Shown here one piece after another: positions 13,901-19,413 of a DNA stretch of 64,000 bases. The notes under the pieces are model-generated. The model saw only the letters and a program-made list of their open reading frames with translations. It was not told where the DNA came from and did not search any database. The number at the start of each line of letters is the position of its first letter. Position 1 is the stretch's first letter. The DNA comes from an uncultured Candidatus Woesearchaeota archaeon (GTDB lineage Archaea; Nanobdellota; Nanobdellia; Woesearchaeales; UBA525): contig CAVRUV010000006.1 in the NCBI GenBank assembly GCA_963724455.1, positions 63,158-127,157 on the forward strand. The letters run 5' to 3'. Position numbers and translations under genes: made by a program.

Positions 13901-15480
13901 ATATGCTTGGAAATTTAAGTGTTAATATTGTAGCACCTACAATTGATCCGTATATAGGAGAAGGAGAAAATCTCACTTTTACCTGTCAAGTTAATTGCAC
14001 TAATGGTTACTGTTTAAAAGTTGAAGTGTTGGGACAAATAAACAATAGTACGGCAGTATATTCTCCTATTAATTATTTTACAGAAAATATCATACTTAAT
14101 CAAACGGCAGTAAATCCTGTTCTTCTAGGCACGATAAACAATACTATGAATGCAACAATTGAATTATTAGGCAACATCTATAGTTTCAATAATACACTTC
14201 TTTGTAATGTGAGTAGTGATTATATTAACGCTACGAGTGCGATAGAAAACATCACTGTGCTTGATAAAGTTCCTCCAAACATAATACTTGTAGATCTTAT
14301 TAATGGAGGCGCATACGATCCTGGCTTGTTTACATTTATCTATAATGCGAGCGATAGAAGATTGGGTGCTTGCTCATTATGGGGTAATTGGAGTGGTTCT
14401 TGGACACTCAATCAGACAATGATTCCAAATAATTATACTTTATCTTCATTCCCACAAATAAATATCAGCCAATATGGTAGTTTTATATGGAACGTGAACT
14501 GTAGTGATCTTGCCGGCAACAATGGCATGGCACCAGCAAATTATACATTCTATGTGGCGGGAGATGTTTCTGTAACCGCAAACGATATTTTCTTTTCTCC
14601 AACATCACCCACAGAAGGATCGAATGTAACAATATATGCAATAATTACAAATAATGCAAATAGAAATGAAACAAATGTAAACGTTGCGTTTTATGTTGGT
14701 GATCCTCAGTTGGGCGCACCACAATTAGGGGGGAATGTGACCATATCATTATTGGAAGCAAAATCTAATGTTACTGTAAATAACAGTGTGATTGTGGCTC
14801 TGGGAAATCTTAGTATTTATGTTGTAGTAGACCCTGCATATGGTGGAGGAAATATAATAGAATCTAATGAAACTAACAATATTGCAAATAACACTTTACA
14901 AGTTTCTATTTGGCAAAGCTTTTTTGGAAATACCTCGGGAAACACAACACTCGGCACTTCTTCTAATGCGTCATTCATTAGCTGGAGTGCTGCATCAATA
15001 AGTGGAAATATTTATGTTGCTTGTACGGGAACGACAAATGGTATTAGTTTTTTAGCATTGCGTCCTTTGGGAAAAAATAGCACCAATGGTGTTAATGTAA
15101 ATACTTTAAACGATTTTTCAGAACTCGATGCTGTAATTAATACAACACAATATCTCGATAATATAAATAATACATATACTTCGTCTGGTGTACCAATCGC
15201 GATGCAAAACTTTAATGTTTATGGCAATACATATAGTTTGCCTGTTGCAAATTCAAGTAGTGATGGAAATTTCACAACAGGAATAATGTGGGACTCTGAC
15301 GATTCTATCAATTCATATTATGATGCTGCCGATAAAGAAGATGTGGTCTTTGTTACAAAAATAAAACAAAACACCACAACAATATACGGTGCTGTTGATT
15401 ATATAACAAAATTCCCCTCACCACTCAAAGGAATGAAGGGTGGAGCAAACACGGTGACAATATACTATGAAATCAACTAA
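4945..15480 (+). CDS. Giant (3511 aa) secreted surface glycoprotein with a Sec-type signal peptide. It combines several domain types: the two-Cys modules shared with the upstream ORF, a DUF2341-like plus LamG/concanavalin-like unit, three FN3-like repeats, a W-N-G-S-A-W propeller-like repeat, a CARDB-like domain, and a ~190-aa C-terminal domain paralogous to the C-terminus of the upstream ORF.
   Basis: N-terminus MKKRYKRNF...IVFFLSVISLFLINLLSVQA|AS has a basic n-region, an h-region and an AXA site. DUF2341-like signature NFNFDIAKRNGSDIRVLL...IPLWIEWWN...ASVWIQLPYLNASGNKTVYLYYSS at about 9530-9760 is followed by a lectin-like beta-sandwich at about 9790-10400. CARDB-like segment at about 14581-14880 (NVTIYAIITNNANRNETNVNVAFYVGDPQLG...NIIESNETNN). 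The C-terminal domain at 14918-15477 aligns with nt 4300-4857 of ORF1 (shared ...TSSGVP...ILWDTSDG / IMWDSDDS...DIVFVT / DVVFVT...). Confidence 0.85.
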   Translation: MKKRYKRNFTNQKTLRIIVFFLSVISLFLINLLSVQAASISQYSYSVGETIIIHPAPGTNELSLKFANQTFKYLGAPDNSIAYTPKIPGEYIIEELFNDGRILETKFYVAKSDLNWNGVGKGNDSAQEINNTEIIINNTNNTNTNTNNNLNNNTNNNIKNNTPLINSTNVIFNTTIKLIQDDNSPVDSGNAPLLQQGDSNLLMITPQLDNIISLKTGTLVTKIVNEMDSRQANKRIKLVSPRNTVWKGNFIVRDKGTTYRGNLADLGANPPLSAGTEIEITPEVDSIKNIVMRNVDMRKDIQIGIDEPVYTTIDSPRENRTWVNAFAIDPTNVSFTDATVYATAVGTELYKCKDWSFNTSTCDGVWIKVMDIVPGQDYTITITPNDPGFAEAVITTGTTNLGDISNISISASIVSPFESWPTATSIIVNNPTNQSINVSAVKFSSPTAIFGVVTGVMPATGWSRTTTIVNWSGSMIIPPYSSEDFIVNITGSNTNNVNAIVSINATTNITNLTRTGYVTHTILTTAIQSSSLTFLNSSGMPVCYLPNVLQNTSTAYTVSVNNYPGDAAVQLNTLFLIHVPQGWENLSANAQTGWSVGTANGDPGSGMFLNAKVATTTIASGAARNFTFSATPPDEDGTSLYQPYIRLIGPSASTTRDIYTVFEPTLQSVNITSLLNYDDGLYAETRTYGGSQLVDHYISIPTPAESTANQWGLVVVNPTNNPINVTQIDWGANQNIFNTVAAITPAATWSVQSASALRWNGTVTIPARSAAEFRANVGLLGNANLIASISVTTTTTNRTIVSSEFTTMMLNRNTQYPSIMGVNRTGSQTYLMDNISAATRYNFTIRINNTGGLVTVPIGTKLEITIPPGWFNITAATQTGWTIYDITQNSNRGGGLIRAITATTTIANGGTRNFLFNATAPNVGSNSTYRIDVRLLGPSASNVAYSIQSLAQIAARVVPAPATYGLSVTHLSESIGNSSNVSSIIITSIAKSTWPTSYNLSIYNTQTAIYDTISTLTLNNTPINTTILLVANRTFNPQKYVNQTLGTTNYGKVLVGWFTTTGNTTSLLEDLLIINITQDIQPPFVVLHAPENDSYLNISLQSLQYNASDDTDLMNCSLYINGILNSTNNSITNASTNAFVINFSNGRYNWSVGCYDLVSKTNRTDNQSFVIDTILPIVGLTSPTAVSNWSVNSLIFTYTPQDTNLANCSILLDGIINQTNTTPLSGLQNNFSILNIPDGLHYWNISCIDLAQNMNSSVTWNFTIDVTAPIWNSPNAAPDSNVVYDPANTHDFDMNWTDGNGISTVIFMENFTGNWVNHTTTQNGDIYAYATSAIGVGSYAWRMYANDSYNNLNMSDLQTYVVQKATPEIMLLLNDTIDNYPIDINESVNITALMITPATGYLEIYLNGTLIASGNNAVQNISTFNTSGKKNVTVVYPSTQNYTGTSTTLFIVIGDKTGPAINQTSPDNGGFRGMVNTTFTFNASDDTGIDNCTLLIRNNISDTTSWWSINWSARQKIIIQEQSGANLSNYSVQLLLNSTNFNFDIAKRNGSDIRVLLINNSGTQQQIPLWIEWWNQTTKNASVWIQLPYLNASGNKTVYLYYSSPSAKSVSDGNTTFLIFGEFSVNRIGTYWQSADNDLVAGTSFNILNNVLNITAGGVDTWTVNDEYGSIFRSISGDFIAEIKVLSQQNTNAWAKAGIMVRNNMSARASSLGYAYATVTPGHGYSFETDVVSQNGFLDTNVTSGATSYPSMLRLFKVGNIFGMQYSTNNGSTWTSISPNQTLSTANYTQDVGLSVTSRAGATLSRVIFDDFIVRRYSSIAPTITYGRVDAFFENNTNLGPYTVPFEGTFDVRGLFEANMSSKIYCYDPIGNIGYSKITNFTVDFTSPSSVTLLTPTNNSINRNQSPQFTWTQTTEPYFANYTLILDTAADFSSPNYAIAITPITNTTLLFNETLLPNVAWYWKIRSYDFAGNYNDSLSFIYRIDISPPEITLQSPQNNTYYNITAINITYLINDFSIVANCTLSLNDSTTYVNSSLNQTNQNIFTITKSAADCLYNITCTDITNNFNTTENVLFHIDTSAPTQVSLLTPINNTFTNNNTPTLTWSQTVENHFANYTVLVSDNSTFPYTNYTYTIYDLSTTNYVVITPWSDGIWYWKIIVWDLAGNSVDPGFVYTLDSTPPNAFDLLSPVNGTSDVSSTPNLVWYPSDDLYFTNYTVLVSDTNTFSHNNYTYATYNATNTSYQVSTPWTTNTIWYWKVLAYDNATNVQNSSSTFMYIADTDNPVVKLVAPPNSTSYASNSSLIPFTFNVTDLSDISSCTLYVNGSVDSFASDMFFIDKNVNQTFITALSSDNYNWSVSCIDAAGNTGYSAVWNISINVTLPKQRWYDTALENTPQTNASQNWSAMIVYGNATAAAIVNTVPKYRIWDGNAWSAESSLPDSGSPLRWVKMASSPILSRASEKIAVTLSNDGWLDAYVWNGSAWTAYNNIASVGTTNNAYGSFDIEYENQRGRAMLLYAVNSTNSAEDLAYRIWNGSGWQPQVGVNDPLNTTDISVGYIKLVKNPDSSSNELASAYIDVTDADARAMIWNGSAWQSFINITSAISIATEEDIGIAYEQQSKKILAVAGTGSTVAFAFYNRTSWNRTGTTDINPSAAVVTNWLTLKPNPVGNEIMIGGLDAGSDFSTALWSNGVWSGALRHDATSDGNTRRMADFEWESTGNNGIVMWGTTSGQVDYKTYNVGTGWGAQNNVVTSASTHAWIWLVKNPNNATGDVKILGGIEDAAALLEGVRWVGSTPPVRQANAFTTNQGSVTYRIFDIAYDNYAPRTTSYNNYSLNMSIDSTPNVVSIISSTTSGGLTLLNNATSYPMRNYSALGLLIPRGGIVRFSALLSSMNQNVSYITWSIFGVNSTSEVLICTKGNYTRNSSLAVPIDKNGINIYTGICSPQNNTIITPEKSLRVYMYINSSVENTITKFIDNLSTYVEIDGYMLGNLSVNIVAPTIDPYIGEGENLTFTCQVNCTNGYCLKVEVLGQINNSTAVYSPINYFTENIILNQTAVNPVLLGTINNTMNATIELLGNIYSFNNTLLCNVSSDYINATSAIENITVLDKVPPNIILVDLINGGAYDPGLFTFIYNASDRRLGACSLWGNWSGSWTLNQTMIPNNYTLSSFPQINISQYGSFIWNVNCSDLAGNNGMAPANYTFYVAGDVSVTANDIFFSPTSPTEGSNVTIYAIITNNANRNETNVNVAFYVGDPQLGAPQLGGNVTISLLEAKSNVTVNNSVIVALGNLSIYVVVDPAYGGGNIIESNETNNIANNTLQVSIWQSFFGNTSGNTTLGTSSNASFISWSAASISGNIYVACTGTTNGISFLALRPLGKNSTNGVNVNTLNDFSELDAVINTTQYLDNINNTYTSSGVPIAMQNFNVYGNTYSLPVANSSSDGNFTTGIMWDSDDSINSYYDAADKEDVVFVTKIKQNTTTIYGAVDYITKFPSPLKGMKGGANTVTIYYEIN
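10607..11770 (+). repeat. Three FN3-like protein repeats inside the 3511-aa ORF.
   Basis: LLTPTNNSINRNQSPQFTWTQT...FANYTLIL...WYWKIRSYDFAGN; LLTPINNTFTNNNTPTLTWSQT...FANYTVLV...WYWKIIVWDLAGN; LLSPVNGTSDVSSTPNLVWYPS...FTNYTVLV...WYWKVLAYDNATN. Copies start at about 10607, 11181 and 11479. Confidence 0.65.
12100..13340 (+). repeat. Six to seven copies of a ~60-aa repeat with the signature [IVL]-W-[ND]-G-[SN]-[AG]-W, consistent with a beta-propeller-like domain inside the 3511-aa ORF.
   Basis: RIWDGNAWS, YVWNGSAWT, RIWNGSGWQ, MIWNGSAWQ, ALWSNGVWS, (V)RWVGSTP, regularly spaced and interleaved with hydrophobic beta-strand-like stretches. Confidence 0.5.
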
Positions 15481-18400
15481 TTATGTTGGGTTAAAAAATG
15501 TTGGGTTAAAGAAATCTGTATTATTAAGTATTATAATTATGTGTTTGGTGGTAGTTACAATACTATTTTTTGTTAAGAGTGGTTTGGCACTTTCTATATT
15601 GTCTCCACAAGAAACAACATACAATACAAGTGATATTTATGTGTCTTATATTACAACTTATTCAAATAGCACTTTCTGCTCTATAAAAACTGATGGTGGT
15701 TTGTGGATAAACTCTTCTTTGTGCAAATCAATTTTCATAACTGCCCACGAAGGATATAATGTTGTACTTGTTGATGATGGTTATGAAAAAAAGAGTGTTG
15801 GTTATTATTTAGTTGCTCAAATAAATAATTCTAACAACACAATCCAAATAACACAAAATAATGATACTAGCTCATTAAACTTAGATTTGGGGGGAAATAA
15901 TAATAATTCAAATTTAACTTTTGTAGAACAAGATGATATAGATCCTCTAAGTCTTCTTCCCCAAGAAATACAAGATGAAATAATTCAAGGAGAACAAATA
16001 ACAAATGATGAGTTGGTATTACAAAATAAATTTACTTCACGTAGCCCAAGCACCGGCACAATAACTGTGGAGCATTCTCAATATGATTATCCTGCGGGCG
16101 TTTCTTTTAAAGCTCTTGTAAAAATACATAATACAGGACAAGATTCTGCTGTTGTCATTTCTCCTGCCGCGTTATATGCAGATATTCTTCAAATAACTAG
16201 GATTGATATTCAACCACAAACAAAAACGATTACAAAACCCATTTACTCTTCAACAATACAAGATGTTTGTACTATTGATGGTTGTGTAAAAAAAGAAGTT
16301 AAAAAAATTATACGAACTGAACGTGAAAATAAAATAGAAAAAATTGGCATCAAAAAACCGCTTCTAAAGGTTGAAGGTTTTGATTCTCGTTCAGAAAATA
16401 TTCGTAATTCAAAAGATCGTGCGCCTAAAACTGCAAAGTCTATTACTGCAAAAGACACTATTTATCCTGGAGAAGATGCTTATTATGAAATAACTTTTAG
16501 AGCATCTGGCAATGGAAATGATGAATTTTATATTCAAGCACTTAGTAATTCTATGGCAATAGGCCTTGATCCTTTTATTAGTTCTAATTGGACGCACATG
16601 AGAAACATCACTTTGCAAGAAACCTACAATATTACGCGCAATAATCAACTCGTGTATCTGAATTTGACAAACTTTAACGATGATAATTTACGTAATTGTT
16701 CAGAAGAAATTCGTGTAAGTAATAGTTCATTAGATGATGTTGCCGTTCGTATAATTGATGATGGTGGTAATTTAACGACGGGAAAATATTGTACAATTAC
16801 TTTTGGTGCGAGTGTAGTTGCATTACAAAATACAACTTACTATATTTATTGGGAAAATGTGAATGCTACGGCTCCTGCCGCCGCAATAGATGTTAATGAA
16901 TTATACAATCTTACTTGGACGCCTAGCGCAGTATATTTCAACACAACAGATTATGGAACTGCGGCCGATAACACTGATTATATGGCACCAACAATTGTAG
17001 ACTATGATTGTGATGGTAACTTAGATTTAGTGTACGGTCTTGATGATGGGGGGGTGTATTTGCGACGTAATTTAGGAAATAATGTTGTTCCTAATTGGAG
17101 TGCTACAACTACCGTGCTTGCAACAATTGGTGCAAATAGTGGTATTAGTTTTGGATTACTTTTTGGAGGAGATAATCTATTAGATATGGTTGTTGGTGAA
17201 AATACTGGTAATTTGAACTATTATGAAAACACTGGAACTTGTGCAAGCCCAATATGGACTGCTAGAACATTTTCAAATAGCACTGCCGATTTTGGAACGT
17301 GGAGCAGTCCTACTGTATATGATTATAATGGTGATGGTCTTACTGATGTTCTTATAGGAGTTAGTACTGGTTTGTGGAATTCTACAAGAAACTACAACAC
17401 TACAACGTTGCCCGCGTTTATAATTGACGGAATTACTGAACCAACTACTGATGTTGGTACTAATAATTTTCCATCTGAAGCCGATTTGAATTTTGATGGT
17501 GTTATTGATGTTGTTTCGGGAAATTCTGTGGGTAATGTTCGTCTCTTTCAAAACAATGGTACAATAACCTCTCCGTCATGGATTAATTGGGGGCTACTTC
17601 GTTATAATGTGAGTGGGGGTAGTATTGACGTTGGTAATAATGCGCACCCTTCATTATATGATATAAATGGAGATGGTTGGATTGATATGGTGTTGGGAGA
17701 AGCAATCGGCACAATTAGATCATCTTTGGGTGCCGGGGGGTTGGGAGACTATCTTATCAATGCTCCTCTTAATTATACTTTAGGAGAACAGAATATTCGT
17801 CCTGTTGTAAACTCTTTTAGTATAACACCTTCTCCTGCTTACAAAAATGGTACACTAAATTGCACCATCAATATAAGTGATGTTGAAAGCGACACTGTTT
17901 TGGTTAATTTTAGTTGGAGAAGAAATGGAACGGCACAACCTTTGCTTAACAGTTCTGTTGTTTGTCAAAATAACACTTTATGTTTGGCCGGGGTTATAAT
18001 AAATAGTTCACAATTCAACAATACCGACACTTGGACTTGTTCTGCGTTTGCAATTGATGGGGGTTGGAGAGTTTCTTATGATACTAATGTTAGCATACTT
18101 AATTATCCGACAGATTTTACTTTTTTCAACATCCCCGCGCCGATTGTATTGAATGCTGGAACAACAAAACTCATTAATTTTAATCTTAGTATTTTAGATT
18201 ATGATGGAAATACAACAATAAATTTGCGCAATATGAGCATATATCTAAATAATACTGCTCCTGGTGTTATTGATAATAATGTTTCTCATTATACCAATAC
18301 AACCTGTAGATTATTATCTGTAAGTCCATTAATGAAAAATTATACTTGTTCTTTTTTACTTAATTATTATGCAGTGAATGGTACTTGGATTGCAAATGCC

Positions 18401-18859
18401 ACAGTAAATGATACTTGGTCTATAATTACCGACATAATAAATTTCTCCATAGATCCATTATACGCACTAAATCTTTCTGTAAAAAATATTACTTTTGGAA
18501 ACTTGGCGGCGGGAGATATTTCATCTAATATTTCTATTATAACATATAATTTAGGAAATCAAAAAATAAACATTTCTTCCTATAGTTATGGACGAAATGT
18601 AGGAGATAATAATGGTTTTACTTGTGCATTTGGCAATTTAACTCCTGATGTAATCCATTATTCAAATTATGTTGGTCATAATTTTACTCAAAAATCAAAT
18701 CTTTCTGGATCTTCTTCTTTACTAAATCTTTCTGTGACTACTCAAATGAATTCAACTCTAACTTCAAATATTTCTTATTGGCAAGTTGGTGTTCCGGTAC
18801 TTACTCCTCTTTTGGGCTTATGTAACGGAACTATTGTTTTTCAAGCAGAAGCCGGATAA
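15467..18859 (+). CDS. Large (1130 aa) membrane-anchored or secreted surface protein with FG-GAP/VCBS-type beta-propeller repeats.
   Basis: ATG at 15467 overlaps the previous stop by 14 nt. N-terminal hydrophobic segment KKSVLLSIIIMCLVVVTILFF. At least four D-x-[ND]-x-D-G-x-x-D repeats (DYDCDGNLDLVYG, DYNGDGLTDVLIG, DLNFDGVIDVVSG, DINGDGWIDMVLG) at about 17000-17720. Numerous N-x-S/T sequons. Confidence 0.75.
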   Translation: MKSTNYVGLKNVGLKKSVLLSIIIMCLVVVTILFFVKSGLALSILSPQETTYNTSDIYVSYITTYSNSTFCSIKTDGGLWINSSLCKSIFITAHEGYNVVLVDDGYEKKSVGYYLVAQINNSNNTIQITQNNDTSSLNLDLGGNNNNSNLTFVEQDDIDPLSLLPQEIQDEIIQGEQITNDELVLQNKFTSRSPSTGTITVEHSQYDYPAGVSFKALVKIHNTGQDSAVVISPAALYADILQITRIDIQPQTKTITKPIYSSTIQDVCTIDGCVKKEVKKIIRTERENKIEKIGIKKPLLKVEGFDSRSENIRNSKDRAPKTAKSITAKDTIYPGEDAYYEITFRASGNGNDEFYIQALSNSMAIGLDPFISSNWTHMRNITLQETYNITRNNQLVYLNLTNFNDDNLRNCSEEIRVSNSSLDDVAVRIIDDGGNLTTGKYCTITFGASVVALQNTTYYIYWENVNATAPAAAIDVNELYNLTWTPSAVYFNTTDYGTAADNTDYMAPTIVDYDCDGNLDLVYGLDDGGVYLRRNLGNNVVPNWSATTTVLATIGANSGISFGLLFGGDNLLDMVVGENTGNLNYYENTGTCASPIWTARTFSNSTADFGTWSSPTVYDYNGDGLTDVLIGVSTGLWNSTRNYNTTTLPAFIIDGITEPTTDVGTNNFPSEADLNFDGVIDVVSGNSVGNVRLFQNNGTITSPSWINWGLLRYNVSGGSIDVGNNAHPSLYDINGDGWIDMVLGEAIGTIRSSLGAGGLGDYLINAPLNYTLGEQNIRPVVNSFSITPSPAYKNGTLNCTINISDVESDTVLVNFSWRRNGTAQPLLNSSVVCQNNTLCLAGVIINSSQFNNTDTWTCSAFAIDGGWRVSYDTNVSILNYPTDFTFFNIPAPIVLNAGTTKLINFNLSILDYDGNTTINLRNMSIYLNNTAPGVIDNNVSHYTNTTCRLLSVSPLMKNYTCSFLLNYYAVNGTWIANATVNDTWSIITDIINFSIDPLYALNLSVKNITFGNLAAGDISSNISIITYNLGNQKINISSYSYGRNVGDNNGFTCAFGNLTPDVIHYSNYVGHNFTQKSNLSGSSSLLNLSVTTQMNSTLTSNISYWQVGVPVLTPLLGLCNGTIVFQAEAG
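17000..17720 (+). repeat. FG-GAP-like calcium-binding propeller repeats (protein level).
   Basis: Four or more spaced D-x-[DN]-G-D-G-x-x-D-x-[VL]-x-G motifs. Confidence 0.6.
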
Positions 18860-19089
18860 TTTTTACCCTCTCCCCTTGATTTCTTATAGAAATGTTTTTT
18901 TAAATTTTTTGTTGTGTATATTCTTTTTTGGTTGTTATTTGTTGTTTTTTGTAGTTATTTGTTATTCTTTGTTGTTTATCATTCTTTTTTGTTATTTGTT
19001 GTTTTTGTCGTTTTTGTTTGTTATTACACTTGTTATTATTGTTATAAAAAATTTAACTTTATTTTTGTTTTGTTGTGTGTTTTTTGTTT

Positions 19090-19160
19090 TTTTATTATAT
19101 TATTATAATATATTTTTATTATATTATTATATCATATATAATATTATCTATATAGAAAAG
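19090..19160. repeat. TA/ATT alternating low-complexity block; candidate DNA-unwinding element.
   Basis: ttattatattattataatatatttttattatattattatatcatatataatattatctatata, located at the point where T-rich sequence switches to A-rich. Confidence 0.45.
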
Positions 19161-19287
19161 AAATAGAAAGAGAAATAACAATAAAAAAATATCAAAACAA
19201 AAAAAGAATAAAAATAAAAAAATCGTTTTAAAAGGCTTAAGAGGTCACAATTAAAGAAAACAGACAGCACAACAACACAAAATAAGA

Positions 19288-19317
19288 GTTCCATACGAAA
19301 CAAAGGGGAGGGATAGG
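19288..19317 (+). promoter_or_regulatory. ORB-like (Orc1/Cdc6 origin recognition box) element: dyad GTTCCATACGAAAC followed by G-string GGGGAGGGATAGG.
   Basis: The TTCCA-N3-GAAAC core plus a downstream G-run resembles the archaeal ORB architecture of a TCCA...GGAAAC dyad followed by a G-string. Confidence 0.5.
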
Positions 19318-19393
19318 TTTTTAAAACTCTATGTCGGGGTCTATAAACACCAATAGATATTTTTTCAAGCAGTAGAACTTAAATATTACCTAC

Positions 19394-19407
19394 GTTTCAC
19401 ATGGAAC
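19394..19407 (-). promoter_or_regulatory. Second ORB-like dyad, GTTTCACATGGAAC, inverted relative to the first (reverse complement GTTCCATGTGAAAC, 12/14 identical to element 1). It lies between a TATA-like box (cTTAAATAtta, about 19378-19389) and the cdc6 start.
   Basis: Inverted repeat pair 19288-19301 / 19394-19407. Its position suggests Orc1 autoregulation. Confidence 0.45.
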
Positions 19408-19413
19408 AGTTGG

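Larger units (their letters stand above)
18860..19413. other. Predicted chromosomal replication origin (oriC) immediately upstream of orc1/cdc6.
   Basis: This is the only long non-coding tract in the window. The plus strand is almost purely T/G-rich over about 18880-19110 and switches to A-rich over about 19140-19290. Alternating TA/ATT repeats at about 19090-19160 form a candidate DNA-unwinding element. Two inverted ORB-like dyads flank about 90 bp next to the cdc6 start. Confidence 0.6.

Noticed and set aside
15483-15510. 13-bp direct duplication ATGTTGGGTTAAA x2 at the start of the 1130-aa gene.
   Set aside because: It simply duplicates VGLK in the N-terminal region, so a local slippage duplication is the likely explanation. 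No regulatory role can be supported from the sequence.
18786-19166. Track ORFs 18786-19166 and 18914-19108 encoding poly-Phe/Leu/Val proteins.
   Set aside because: They are translations of the T-rich side of the putative origin, a low-complexity composition artefact with no start context. The region is better explained as non-coding oriC.
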